Source of the DNA: a virus
Strand: one strand, 5' to 3'
IMG/VR virus record: IMGVR_UViG_3300010970_000093
Location: 1-26,994 of that record
Length of the DNA stretch: 26,994 bases
Shown here in pieces: positions 7,966 through 18,179 of the stretch. Within the stretch, counting starts at the first letter, position 1. Each line of letters begins with the position of its first letter. The position numbers were made by a program, and so were the translations under genes. The notes beneath the pieces were generated by a model, which was not told where the DNA came from, did no database searches, and was given only the letters and a program-made list of their open reading frames with translations.

Positions 7966-9870
7966 ATGCCAGCATTTACCGCAGCAGCAGGTTATATTGT
8001 TGCAGAATATTTAGGTGGAGTTGTTTTAGCTGCCGCCATTGGCAGTGCAGGTATTGCCTTTGTAACTTCTGTTATTGCCGTTGGTCTAGCATTAGCCACA
8101 GCACGTTTGTTAGGTTTAACAGGTGGTGGCGCAGGCGGAACAGCACAGGATCCAGGTGTGCGTATTCAGTTACCGCCTGCCACTAACAATAAAGTTCCTG
8201 TAGTTTATGGACACGCAAACACCAAGGGTGTAATCACTGATGCTCGCATTAGCAACAGCAACAAGACCATGACTTATGTTATTGTGTTGTCTGAAGTTAC
8301 ACAAACAGGCACATTCAGCATTGGCAACATTTACTGGAACGATCAACAATTAGTATTCAAGACAGATGCAGGCAGTGAACACATTGTTGGCAGCAGCATT
8401 GACCAAAACGGTTTAGGCACAAGCAATACAAACTTCGATGGATTGATCCGCATTCGCGTATATTCGGGTAACGTAAACAGTGGAAGTCAGATCTTTCCTC
8501 CACAGGCAACAACTAACACTGTCAATGCTAGAACAACGCTTGATGAATCAGACACAAATTATGTAATGAACAACCTAGTGTTTGCAGTTATTCAGATTGA
8601 TTACAACAGCAGCAAAGGCATTACCGGACTTGGGCAAATGACTTTCGAAGTTACAAACAGCTTGAAGAATCCCGCAAGTGTTTGGTATGACTACATGACA
8701 TCACCACGTTATGGTGCTAACATTCCTACTTCTCAGATCAATACATCTACAAGTATCAGCACAGCAAACACAATGAGTTTATATAATTGGTCGGAAACTA
8801 TTCCACCTAATCAATATCTTGCTGACGGAGTTACCACAAGCACACAGGTTCGCTATGAACTAAACGGTGTTATCTCAGCTGGCGAGAACGTTAAGAACAA
8901 CATTGAAAAGATCAGCGTGGGATGTAATTGCTGGACCTCATTCGATTACAACAGAGGACAGTGGAAGATCATTTCCAACCGTGCTGCCACTACCAGCGAA
9001 TTAGCAGATGCATTTGTATTCAATGACGATAACATCATTGGTGAGATTGGCATTACTGCAACCAACTTGGAAGACTTATATAACTTGTTAGAAGTTGAAT
9101 TTGCAAGTCGTAAGATTCGCGATCAGAATGACTACTATCGTGGGGCAATTGCTGATTCTGAAATGAACGACTTAGAACCAGCTAACACACTAGGCTTTCG
9201 TTTAGATCTAGCCAACAATGCACTACATTGTGCTCGTGTTGGATTGATTGAATTGAAGGGAAGTCGTGTTGATTTAATCATTACATTCCGTTCTGACTAC
9301 TCAGCACTACAATGTGAAGCAGGTGACGTTGTTAAAGTTACCAATGATGTATATGGCTTTGCGGACAAACTATTCCGCATATCTAAGATACGTGAAGTTG
9401 AAGATGACAGTGGTAGCATTACTTGTGAGATTACTGCATTGGAATATAGTGCAGGTGTATACGATGATGAAATATTAGTGGACAGTCCTGACACTCCGGG
9501 TTCAGGTATTCCAGTGTTCGGCGGCAGTGCAACATTGCCTGCACCAAGCACACCTACAGTGACTACAATCTCCACAACTACACCTAGCTTTAGATTGTCA
9601 ACAACTATTGCCACAGGCAGTAGCCCAGTGGATGAAGTTCAATGGTGGTATAACACAACCAGCACAGGTAGCTTTACATATCTAACCAATGAATACAATT
9701 CAACAGGTGGATTTATTGCAGGTGACGTTGTTATTGACACAGTGACAATTCCAGCATCGGGCACATTCTACTTTAGAGCTAGAACAGGTGCAAGCACACA
9801 ATATAGCGAGTTTAGTCCGTCGACTACAACAGGATTCAATTGGAATCCTAACGACTACGGCGGCATTTAA
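7966..9870 (+). CDS. Tail tip / central fibre protein (gpI-gpJ-like, host specificity)
   Basis: Hydrophobic Gly/Ala-rich N-terminus, then VPVVYGHANTKGVITDA as in J-type proteins. There is an FN3-like Thr/Ser-rich C-terminal domain. It follows the hub genes. Confidence 0.65.
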   Translation: MPAFTAAAGYIVAEYLGGVVLAAAIGSAGIAFVTSVIAVGLALATARLLGLTGGGAGGTAQDPGVRIQLPPATNNKVPVVYGHANTKGVITDARISNSNKTMTYVIVLSEVTQTGTFSIGNIYWNDQQLVFKTDAGSEHIVGSSIDQNGLGTSNTNFDGLIRIRVYSGNVNSGSQIFPPQATTNTVNARTTLDESDTNYVMNNLVFAVIQIDYNSSKGITGLGQMTFEVTNSLKNPASVWYDYMTSPRYGANIPTSQINTSTSISTANTMSLYNWSETIPPNQYLADGVTTSTQVRYELNGVISAGENVKNNIEKISVGCNCWTSFDYNRGQWKIISNRAATTSELADAFVFNDDNIIGEIGITATNLEDLYNLLEVEFASRKIRDQNDYYRGAIADSEMNDLEPANTLGFRLDLANNALHCARVGLIELKGSRVDLIITFRSDYSALQCEAGDVVKVTNDVYGFADKLFRISKIREVEDDSGSITCEITALEYSAGVYDDEILVDSPDTPGSGIPVFGGSATLPAPSTPTVTTISTTTPSFRLSTTIATGSSPVDEVQWWYNTTSTGSFTYLTNEYNSTGGFIAGDVVIDTVTIPASGTFYFRARTGASTQYSEFSPSTTTGFNWNPNDYGGI

Positions 9871-9879
9871 GGAAATATC

Positions 9880-12800
9880 ATGGCAGGAATATTAGATTAC
9901 AAAAGATACTTAAACACACTACAAACTATCAATGACATTGACAATGTATTTCCCAATGAGCAAACAAACTATACCTTTAGTGTAAATCGTTCTGGTGCAC
10001 AGGGCTGGACTGCTGACATTGCTTGGACTACATTACTCATTGATAAAGTAGAATGGGATCGTGAGAACAAACCTGTTTTAACCAACAGCCAGATCATTGG
10101 TTACTTTCCAACTATGAGTGGCACAGCTTCTCAGGCAGGCACAGGACTTATTAACTTCCCTGCAAATATGTATACTGGACCTATCCTGCCACAAGCAGAT
10201 GTTTACGTTCCAGTGACCATTGTTAATGTTACCTGGACTAAATCAGGTAGCAACACCTACACGGAAAACATTGCTCTAATCCAAAACTGGAAGCCAGGAG
10301 TTAATCCTAACAGCCCATATGACTATGTGGACTTCTATCCTATTGATCCTGTTGCCAGCGTATTAACCTTAACTGGTGATGACCTTGTAATCTACGAGGA
10401 TGACTTTTATCTAACAGCAGTCAGTGATATACCAATCCCACTTGGCGATGCAAATCCATGTAACTTTTACGTTTTAGAAGATGGTGGACGTAGACTATTG
10501 GGCACAACTTATTTTGTTGACCATATTGCACATATTGTATTGAACAGCTTTGGCCTGATAGGCATAGGCAACTGGGAAATCGTTGCTGAGTTTAATGGTC
10601 GTCATGAATACGGCAAAACAACAAGTAACACATGGTCATTGGAAGTTGTAGAAGGCATCCCATTATTAGTTGATGAAGAAACATTTACTCCTAGCAAAGA
10701 TCCTTACTTCCCAGGTGATCACATTGACTACCACTTGAAGTTAGTGCAAAGCCCAGACTTTGCTCCAACTGGTGTTCCTATCAGCAATACTGCCACTGTG
10801 AACATTCGCAATGAATTTCCGCCAGCAAGTCCTGTGGAAATATTCAATGGCAACTTCTATAACGGAGAACTAGACACAGCATTTACAGTTGATGCCAGCA
10901 TGATTGACATTGGCATTACAAGTTCTACAACTGACTACACCATTCTTGATTACACCCTAAGTGGGGGCAATTACATTCCTCGCATTCAAGTTACTAACCA
11001 AGAGCGCATTACCACAGCATGGCAACGTCAACGCATTGGCAAGTATGCTCGCGGCAGTCACAACGTAGATGTCAATGTTGCAAACACAACCACTCGCGTA
11101 ATTCCAATCAACACATTTACGCTGTCTATTTCACAGAGCAATACAAGTTCCTTATTAGAGGAACCATTTACAATCACTGTAGACACAACAAGCTCGGGAT
11201 ACACACAGGACATCTTTATCACTGCAAGTCCATTGGGCAGCACAGATACAAATATCTTATACTATGGCAACCACAGTGGTCAGGGTGAGTTCGATGCAGA
11301 AGTATCACTGCTATCCACAGGAACTTGGACCATTGTTGCAACTTACGCAGGTGACTTTGGACAAAGCATCTATTGGGGCAACGACCATTCTTCAAGTAAT
11401 GTATTGACTCATACTGTTCGCAGAGGCAATGATTTAAATGCAAGATTCATCTTTAACAGAACAACCAATACTGACGTATTGACTGTTTGGGGATTTACTT
11501 CGACTAACCTAATCAACACAGTTACATTCCTAACCAGCAGCACAGTGGTTGGCAGCACAGCTACTTGGACACGTGATTATATTGGCACACCAACGATTAG
11601 TGTGTTAGTTCAAGGTGGTTCCATTGAAAGTGCATTCCCTAGTGTTAATTTTAAATCAACTAACACAAGCATTAGCCTAATGGATTCTACAGGTAGTCCA
11701 GGCAATCTAAGTTCTAACCAAACTGATGTTAGACAAATATTCGGTTACTGGGACACTACCTCTAGAACTAGAGTTGGAGCACAGTTGCCAGGGTATGTAA
11801 ACACACCAAAGATTACACAATATTACAGCGCATCCGGACAAGGGTATGGATATCCTACATGGCCCTATGATGTTGACCAGGGATACTTGACAGCTAATCG
11901 CGGTGGACAAACTAATCCTAACAGATATAGATTGTTCAAGTATTATGATGGAACTAACTATAATCTATCCGCAGTCACGGGCACAAACATCGACGGAATA
12001 CTTGATCCAATCACTACAGGCACTTGGAATGTAACTTTCATTGAAAGCCAACCTAGTGCCTCTATCTGGGGACAAGGCGTTGAGATGAATGAGTATCTAT
12101 CTGATTACCCTGCCGCCAGCTCAGGTGCTACCTATCCTAGTGGTTATCAATTCGACTTCTATGATATCTATAGAGATGACGACATTGGAGATACTCGTGG
12201 CTATAACGTAGTTGCATTACACGCAACTGATGCAATGCCTAGACCGGAAGTAAGCGTGGCAAATCCAAGACGAGTATTCTTCAATGCTCCTAAGTTCGCG
12301 GGCGTTTCCACTGCAACATTCCATATCGACTTAGTTGAATACATTGGCACAGCGCAATGGGTTAAGCCTATCCAAAACAATGCACAAGCAGCGGGCACTG
12401 AAGCTAGAGAAACTGTCACTGCATGGTTGTATAGATTTACACCGGAGGTAAGACAAACTAACTTTACCTTTAGAAATCACAAACCACTTGCTGAACAAAT
12501 TGCTAGATTGCCAGCCAATGAATATCAATATGACGCTCGTGCAATTGGCAATTCCTGGTATAAGAAAATTCCTGTTATTAGAAATAACAATATATTCAGA
12601 GACAAGCACGGTGATATTAAAGTAGCTAGATATCAAGCTATAGATGCAGATGATAGTTATGGCATTAAGACATGGTACTCAAGAAACCCTAACGATCCTG
12701 TTGAGAATGAATACACAGCATTCTGCAATGCATTCTTCAATACATTTGCCTATAATTCTACCCAAGGCACAGTTACACCTCCTGTGGTTGAAACATTATA

Positions 12801-13788
12801 TACTTCAACTAATGCCGAGTATGTGGACCTAAATAGAAGCTTTGCAAGAATTGAGTTGCCATTGAACACAATTGAATCCACTGCTACATTACACGCTACT
12901 TGGCCTGGCACAAGATATCTTGGAGCACAGTACGGTAAGTTCAATGACTTCGATATCTATGCTGAATTGCCAGTTGCACAAATATCATTGGGTGCATACA
13001 ATGTTGCAACCTCTGGCATCCATACAACTGCCACAGTGGTATATTCTACAAATCCAGTAAATCTTGAGGCATTACTTGTCCCAAGTGACTTAGGTTACAA
13101 AGTTCAATACAATGATGTTACGCTTTATGATTCTGATTCTAATACTGATTTGTTGACAGAAGCAGTTGTGGGCAGCACAGCAACTTTTGTGGTAATTGCC
13201 AATGACTTAACCAGTTCAGTTAATGCTCCATTCTTAAATCTAAGAGCTAGAGCCGACCAGGCAAGCCACAGCAACATCCTTCGATTGCAAGCAGTTAGAA
13301 GTCCATATACAAGTGGATTAACTTATACTGATAACTTAACAGAATGGGCAACACTACTTGAGAAGACATTTGCTACTCCTAAGAGAACTAACAATGTTAG
13401 AGTAGATGGCACATTGAATATCGTTATGCCGTTCTTCGATAGAGCATTAGCAGGTAGCTTGGAAAGTCATAGAGTTACCATTGCCATAGACTTTAAGAGC
13501 ACAGCAGGACAGGAAACTTGGAACACTGGCTTTAGATTAACTGATAAGTGGTGGTTTGCAACTAGATTAAGCGGACAGACAACACCCGTCAGTCTAACTG
13601 CCTCAGTTACCACAGCACAAGCAGCATTCCCAAGTTTTGCATTTAACAATGATGTCTACGCTTATAGACTGCGAGTGCAAGTATTAGCGTATGGTGGAAG
13701 TAATTCTGATTATCCGGATACTAATACCGGTGTTAAGAATCTTACTAGAGCATTCTATACAACGAACTTCGAAGATAGAACTCCATAA
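9880..13788 (+). CDS. Large tail fibre / receptor-binding protein (1302 aa)
   Basis: Longest ORF, after the J-like gene. Its N-terminal ~150 aa are paralogous to ORF 13884-14396. Confidence 0.65.
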   Translation: MAGILDYKRYLNTLQTINDIDNVFPNEQTNYTFSVNRSGAQGWTADIAWTTLLIDKVEWDRENKPVLTNSQIIGYFPTMSGTASQAGTGLINFPANMYTGPILPQADVYVPVTIVNVTWTKSGSNTYTENIALIQNWKPGVNPNSPYDYVDFYPIDPVASVLTLTGDDLVIYEDDFYLTAVSDIPIPLGDANPCNFYVLEDGGRRLLGTTYFVDHIAHIVLNSFGLIGIGNWEIVAEFNGRHEYGKTTSNTWSLEVVEGIPLLVDEETFTPSKDPYFPGDHIDYHLKLVQSPDFAPTGVPISNTATVNIRNEFPPASPVEIFNGNFYNGELDTAFTVDASMIDIGITSSTTDYTILDYTLSGGNYIPRIQVTNQERITTAWQRQRIGKYARGSHNVDVNVANTTTRVIPINTFTLSISQSNTSSLLEEPFTITVDTTSSGYTQDIFITASPLGSTDTNILYYGNHSGQGEFDAEVSLLSTGTWTIVATYAGDFGQSIYWGNDHSSSNVLTHTVRRGNDLNARFIFNRTTNTDVLTVWGFTSTNLINTVTFLTSSTVVGSTATWTRDYIGTPTISVLVQGGSIESAFPSVNFKSTNTSISLMDSTGSPGNLSSNQTDVRQIFGYWDTTSRTRVGAQLPGYVNTPKITQYYSASGQGYGYPTWPYDVDQGYLTANRGGQTNPNRYRLFKYYDGTNYNLSAVTGTNIDGILDPITTGTWNVTFIESQPSASIWGQGVEMNEYLSDYPAASSGATYPSGYQFDFYDIYRDDDIGDTRGYNVVALHATDAMPRPEVSVANPRRVFFNAPKFAGVSTATFHIDLVEYIGTAQWVKPIQNNAQAAGTEARETVTAWLYRFTPEVRQTNFTFRNHKPLAEQIARLPANEYQYDARAIGNSWYKKIPVIRNNNIFRDKHGDIKVARYQAIDADDSYGIKTWYSRNPNDPVENEYTAFCNAFFNTFAYNSTQGTVTPPVVETLYTSTNAEYVDLNRSFARIELPLNTIESTATLHATWPGTRYLGAQYGKFNDFDIYAELPVAQISLGAYNVATSGIHTTATVVYSTNPVNLEALLVPSDLGYKVQYNDVTLYDSDSNTDLLTEAVVGSTATFVVIANDLTSSVNAPFLNLRARADQASHSNILRLQAVRSPYTSGLTYTDNLTEWATLLEKTFATPKRTNNVRVDGTLNIVMPFFDRALAGSLESHRVTIAIDFKSTAGQETWNTGFRLTDKWWFATRLSGQTTPVSLTASVTTAQAAFPSFAFNNDVYAYRLRVQVLAYGGSNSDYPDTNTGVKNLTRAFYTTNFEDRTP

Positions 13789-13791
13789 ATT

Positions 13792-13815
13792 GAGCCCTTT
13801 AGTGGGCTCTTTTTA
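13792..13815 (+). terminator. Intrinsic terminator after the 1302-aa fibre gene
   Basis: GAGCCC (13792-13797) pairs with GGGCTC (13804-13809). Loop is tttagt, then TTTTT. A second hairpin, 13839-13845/13854-13860, follows. Confidence 0.8.
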
Positions 13816-13883
13816 TACCTTCTATAAATACAATCACTGCCAGAGTCCTTAGGCTTTGGCTTTCATCCTTTAGGAGTATATCA

Positions 13884-14396
13884 ATGGCCTCAGGCGTCCT
13901 TAATTTTGCACAGTATCTCGGCGGTGCAGATAACATTCAGATCGAACAGATCTTCCCCTCAACGCAACGAACATTAAACTATAATTACAGTCGTGATATC
14001 ACTGGATGGACATTTCACGTGGATCATCAGACCATTGTAGTTGATACAGTTGCTTTCGATCGTAACACAGGACAACCTAACTTTGCTAACAGCAATGTCA
14101 TTGGTTACTTCGCAAGTGGAGTTGTTTCAACTAGCAGTTATGTCAGTGTTGTAAGTCAACCAGCTGGTACCGTAAACATTACGATACCTGGATCAATTTA
14201 TACTGGTCCAATTTTACCAGATGCTCGTGCAAACGTTCCAATTACCATTGTTGGTATAACATGGCGTGACAATAGTTCCCCAGTTCAGATCAATACACAT
14301 CGTTGGGCATTCATCCAATGTTGGGAGCCGGGTGTTACCCCAGGTGATCCTACATTAAGCACCAGTCCGCTGTTCTCATCAATAACAGTAAGCTAA
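13884..14396 (+). CDS. Fibre anchor/adaptor protein, paralog of the N-terminal domain of the 1302-aa fibre
   Basis: Clear protein-level similarity, for example NSNVIGYF...IYTGPILPDARANVPITIVGITW versus NSQIIGYF...MYTGPILPQADVYVPVTIVNVTW. AGGAG SD upstream. Confidence 0.7.
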   Translation: MASGVLNFAQYLGGADNIQIEQIFPSTQRTLNYNYSRDITGWTFHVDHQTIVVDTVAFDRNTGQPNFANSNVIGYFASGVVSTSSYVSVVSQPAGTVNITIPGSIYTGPILPDARANVPITIVGITWRDNSSPVQINTHRWAFIQCWEPGVTPGDPTLSTSPLFSSITVS

Positions 14397-14397
14397 T

Positions 14398-14850
14398 ATG
14401 GCATTCAGCAATTTCACAGTCACAGAAGTTACTTATAACTTCACTGCAACCGTAACAACTCCTCTAGAGTTAGCAATGGTTGGCACAGACACCACTGTGG
14501 TTGTGACAAATAGCACAGCCACAGTTAGTGTAATCAACACGACACAGCCAGTTACCATTTCAGGTGGCGGCGGCGGTTCATCATATGACCAAAGTCTGAA
14601 TACCACGGACAACGTCACATTCAATAATTTAACAGTAGGTTCAATATATGGAGCAGCTGGAGCACCAGTTAGTTTCCCCACAGGCATTAGTGCTGCTAAC
14701 TATGGCACAGTATTCAGCGGTGGATTAGACTTCGGAATGATATTCGGAACCTATACGAACGTATTAAGTCTGCTATTCGCAGCAATTCCAATTGACATGG
14801 GAACCATTGTTGTTCAACCACAATACTCAGTCAATATGGGCAACATATAA
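14398..14850 (+). CDS. Small tail fibre protein
   Basis: 150 aa, Thr/Val-rich, with a GGGGG linker. It shares the motif YDQSLNTTDNVTFNNLTV with the next ORF (EDQNLGPTSDVTFNKIDI). Confidence 0.6.
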   Translation: MAFSNFTVTEVTYNFTATVTTPLELAMVGTDTTVVVTNSTATVSVINTTQPVTISGGGGGSSYDQSLNTTDNVTFNNLTVGSIYGAAGAPVSFPTGISAANYGTVFSGGLDFGMIFGTYTNVLSLLFAAIPIDMGTIVVQPQYSVNMGNI

Positions 14851-14861
14851 AAGGAAAGATC

Positions 14862-16490
14862 ATGGCTTTACAAATTAGACGCGGCACTAACGCAGAAAGA
14901 TTAACAATTACTCCCCTAGAAGGCGAGTTAATATTTTGCACCGACACACAAGAGTTGTGGATTGGTGATGGCACGACAGTAGGTGGTGTTGAGGTCAGTG
15001 AAGACCAAAACCTAGGTCCTACTAGCGATGTAACCTTTAACAAGATTGACATCACCACAACTGGCACATTCAACAATGTTATCACAAACAGCCTTAAGGT
15101 TAATTACTGGGGTGACATTACATACGTTCGTTCTAGCTATATGCGTGGTATCACAGGTACTAACGTTGTCATTGAAAACGGCAGCAACGTCGGTGGTAAG
15201 ATTGAACTTAATGATGGTGAAGGCGCAGGTGTTACTCTTTCAGCTAACAGTGAAACCATAGTTGCAACATTCAACACAGCCACTTCAGAAATCAAGAGCG
15301 ACACAGTTAATATTAAGTCTAACTCGGGCACACAGCGCTTGGCAATTGCCAATGGTTATGTAAGAAACGACACTAACACATTGTTTGGCAGTGCTTCGGG
15401 CAGTGATGCTTTCATTACTACCAACGCACTAGGTGACGACCTTTGGTTGCAAACAGGTGCAACTGGCGCAGTTGCAGGACTTGGTGGTAAGATTGCAGTT
15501 AAGTCTGGATCACTAGCAGGTGTTGACATTTACGCTGACAGCAATCAATTGGTTGCAGAATTCAGCACAGGCACAACAAAGATCAGCAGCTATTTAGAAG
15601 TTGATGGTAATGTCATGCCACACACTGCAAGTCTTGACTTGGGTAGTGCAGAAAATCCATGGCGTGGTGTTTACACCAAAGGTTTAAGAATGTTAGCCGA
15701 CGATGGCACATATGGACATATCTTTGGTCCACGTGGAGACCAAAGCTGGAGCACTGCTAACATTGAATTCCGTGCAAGCAGCAGCACTGACGAAGTAAAA
15801 ATCTATGCTTACAACACTGCCACAAGTGCTGCAAGTTATGTTTGGGTTAAGAACAACGCTGTAGAACTTTCAGCCAATGGTAATACTGCTTCTTTGGGAG
15901 CTGATGGTAACTTCCAAGCTACTAGAATCTCAGCCAGTGGCGGAGATGCTACCTATGCAAGTTTTACATCAGTTGGTGGAAACGTAGACGTAGAACCAGA
16001 TGGCTTCCCAGAGTATCATCACTTCTTAGAAGCAGGATGTTACAATCAAGATTCCAGTGACATTTTAAGCAAGCACTTCCGTGTAAACAACACAGGTACA
16101 CTACAAATTACCAATGATGCCAATGATACAGTTATCATGTCATTGACTGACAGTGGTGTTCTACAAACCAAAGGCTTTGCTGAAACAGTTTATGATCTAG
16201 GCACAGGCAGTGGTACTATTAACCCAGATGCAAACAGCGCAACAATCTTCAAGTTAACCTTAAATGGTAACTGGACATTGAGCTCTATTGCTAATGCAGT
16301 CACTGGCACTAACGCAACTATCCTTGTCAAGCAAGATGGCACAGGTGGACGCACATTAACAACTTCCACAGGTTGGTTGTTTGCAGGTGGTGCTAAGACA
16401 TTAACAACATCGCCAAACGCAGTTGACATGATCAACACATTCTATGATGGCACAAACTATTATGCCAGCTTATCAAGAGGATTCCTATAA
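14862..16490 (+). CDS. Tail fibre protein with Mtd_N-type N-terminus
   Basis: N-terminal MALQIRRGTNAERLTITPLEGELIFCTDTQELWIGDGTTVGG is the widespread fibre N-terminal motif seen in BPP-1 Mtd and HylP-type proteins. The body is Gly/Ser/Thr-rich. Confidence 0.75.
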   Translation: MALQIRRGTNAERLTITPLEGELIFCTDTQELWIGDGTTVGGVEVSEDQNLGPTSDVTFNKIDITTTGTFNNVITNSLKVNYWGDITYVRSSYMRGITGTNVVIENGSNVGGKIELNDGEGAGVTLSANSETIVATFNTATSEIKSDTVNIKSNSGTQRLAIANGYVRNDTNTLFGSASGSDAFITTNALGDDLWLQTGATGAVAGLGGKIAVKSGSLAGVDIYADSNQLVAEFSTGTTKISSYLEVDGNVMPHTASLDLGSAENPWRGVYTKGLRMLADDGTYGHIFGPRGDQSWSTANIEFRASSSTDEVKIYAYNTATSAASYVWVKNNAVELSANGNTASLGADGNFQATRISASGGDATYASFTSVGGNVDVEPDGFPEYHHFLEAGCYNQDSSDILSKHFRVNNTGTLQITNDANDTVIMSLTDSGVLQTKGFAETVYDLGTGSGTINPDANSATIFKLTLNGNWTLSSIANAVTGTNATILVKQDGTGGRTLTTSTGWLFAGGAKTLTTSPNAVDMINTFYDGTNYYASLSRGFL

Positions 16491-17530
16491 TGAGTCGCAG
16501 AGTAGGCTTAGTAAGAGGCGACCCTACGGTTGCCTGGGGGCATGCCACCACCCCCTATTTGTCTCTATATAAACAAAACTCTAACGACACTACCAGTACC
16601 TTTGTTAAATTAACAGGTACTGTTCCTGTGCCGGGAACGAGTTGGGTAACTGGAACAGACTGGAGTCCTTGCGGAAACTATGTTGCAGTATCTATCAACG
16701 CCACACCTTGGTTTGCAGTATATCAACGTGATGGTGATAAGTTCAGTGCCAACCTAATAAGTCCAGCACCATTTTCAAGTGGTAACAGCTATGGAGTATG
16801 TTGGAGTCCAGATGGAAAGTATGTCACAGTTCTTTCTACAGTAAGTCCTTACGTTGCTACCTATAAGCGAGCAGGCAACACATTTACTAAAATTGGTAAT
16901 CCAGGAACTGCACTTAGTGGAGCAGCTGGCGGAGTTGCATGGAGTCCAGATGGAAAGTCATTGGCATTTGGCTTAACAGCTAGCCCATGGATTAACATCT
17001 ATAACTTCAATCCTGATACTGACACTTATACAAAATTAAGTCAGCCAGCAACAGCACCCACAGCAACTTGCTTGTCAGTAAGTTGGACAGTTGATGGAAC
17101 TAGATTGGCAGTTGGCTATCAAGCTACACCATTCATGATTCACTATGCTAGAAGTGGAAATACATTTACTGCGGGCACAGTCTCCGGCACTGGTCCAAGC
17201 ACATCTGCCTATGTAGACTTCTCCCCAGACGGAACACAATTGGCAGCAGGTAGCAACACCACTCCATACATACGGTTATACAACCTAAGTGGAACAGTGG
17301 CAACTAATGCTAACATGACTATTTCGGGATCTAACCCGGGTGCCTCTATTAACGGAGGAATCACTTGGAGTGCAGATGGCAAGTATCTTGCCGCGGGAGT
17401 ATATCTATCACCGTACTTCTGTGTGTTGAAAAAGACCGGTGCAGCTACAATGACTAGAGTCACTAACCCAACAACATTGCCAACAGGCAACTCCAATGCC
17501 AAACCAACTTGGTGGCCTAAGAAATATTAA
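16490..17530 (+). CDS. PD40/TolB-like beta-propeller repeat protein (6-7 blades)
   Basis: Six units of about 46 aa carry W/F-S-P/A-D/C-G-x-x-L/V-A: WSPCGNYVAV, WSPDGKYVTV, WSPDGKSLAF, WTVDGTRLAV, FSPDGTQLAA, WSADGKYLAA. Each is followed by T/S-P-Y/W/F. Confidence 0.8.
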   Translation: MSRRVGLVRGDPTVAWGHATTPYLSLYKQNSNDTTSTFVKLTGTVPVPGTSWVTGTDWSPCGNYVAVSINATPWFAVYQRDGDKFSANLISPAPFSSGNSYGVCWSPDGKYVTVLSTVSPYVATYKRAGNTFTKIGNPGTALSGAAGGVAWSPDGKSLAFGLTASPWINIYNFNPDTDTYTKLSQPATAPTATCLSVSWTVDGTRLAVGYQATPFMIHYARSGNTFTAGTVSGTGPSTSAYVDFSPDGTQLAAGSNTTPYIRLYNLSGTVATNANMTISGSNPGASINGGITWSADGKYLAAGVYLSPYFCVLKKTGAATMTRVTNPTTLPTGNSNAKPTWWPKKY

Positions 17531-17543
17531 GGATATAAAGATT

Positions 17544-17900
17544 ATGACAACAACATCAACAGTTTCGACTTCAGTAATACAATACGACCTAGTCATTCAT
17601 GGCGTGGCAGCAGATCCTACTAACATTGTTACTAGAGTCTATTGGGAACTCAGCGGACAACTTCGCCAAGAAGGCACTGACCACATTCACCGTGATGCAA
17701 TCACTGGATGGGTTAATTTAGTAGCCGGTCCTAACATTACTCCTTTTGCAGAATTAACTGAAGCACAAGTTTTACAATGGGTCCGTGATACATTGGGCGC
17801 GAACTATGAGAAGTATCGTCAAGTGGTAGAGTTATATGTTCAGCGTTTGGCAGATGACCATAACGTAGAATATAAACCATTCCCTTGGGAACCTCAATAA
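17544..17900 (+). CDS. Hypothetical protein at the end of the fibre module (118 aa)
   Basis: I prefer ATG 17544 (AAGGA 10 nt upstream) over the track start 17496, which would overlap the propeller gene by 35 nt. Confidence 0.6.
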   Translation: MTTTSTVSTSVIQYDLVIHGVAADPTNIVTRVYWELSGQLRQEGTDHIHRDAITGWVNLVAGPNITPFAELTEAQVLQWVRDTLGANYEKYRQVVELYVQRLADDHNVEYKPFPWEPQ

Positions 17901-17906
17901 TAGATC

Positions 17907-18143
17907 ATGCAAGACACCACTGAACTAGAACGCACCAGCTTAGAAGCGCACGTTGATTTGTGCGCTCTACGTTATGGTAGCCTCGATAAAAGACTGGTCA
18001 CTTTAGAAGCAAAACTGACCGATATCGATGAAAAACTAGACCAGATCAGTCTTGATTTCTTTAAAATCTTAGTGGGAACATGCGGCACAATCGTGGTAGC
18101 TATCATTGGAGCAGTTGCCATGGTCTACACCAAAATCCTATAA
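17907..18143 (+). CDS. XhlA-like tail-anchored membrane protein (possible lysis/holin-associated)
   Basis: 78 aa. N-terminal coiled coil (LVTLEAKLTDIDEKLDQIS) plus a single C-terminal TM segment (ILVGTCGTIVVAIIGAVAMVY). This architecture matches the XhlA family of prophage lysis modules. Confidence 0.45.
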   Translation: MQDTTELERTSLEAHVDLCALRYGSLDKRLVTLEAKLTDIDEKLDQISLDFFKILVGTCGTIVVAIIGAVAMVYTKIL

Positions 18144-18179
18144 TTTAAGAGCCATCTTTTCATATGGATAATTACCCAT

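Noticed and set aside
14862-16490. Diversity-generating retroelement, because the fibre has an Mtd-type N-terminus
   Set aside because: There is no reverse transcriptase ORF anywhere. I found no template/variable repeat pair between the 3' end of any fibre gene and the non-coding block.
17496-17543. Upstream start at 17496 for the ORF ending at 17900, and similarly 20715 for the ORF ending at 21002
   Set aside because: Both would overlap the preceding genes by 35-59 nt without an SD. Downstream in-frame ATGs (17544 and 20763) give conventional spacing or coupling.
9297-17596. Other antisense or alternative-frame ORFs in the fibre genes (e.g. 9297-9614-, 11019-11288+, 11058-11443-, 12201-12636-, 12644-13060+, 14433-14687-, 14831-15085-, 15046-15352, 16190-16438-, 17209-17596-)
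   Set aside because: They are short, nested inside long ORFs and lack translation signals. Such ORFs are expected by chance in long genes that are stop-poor in alternative frames.
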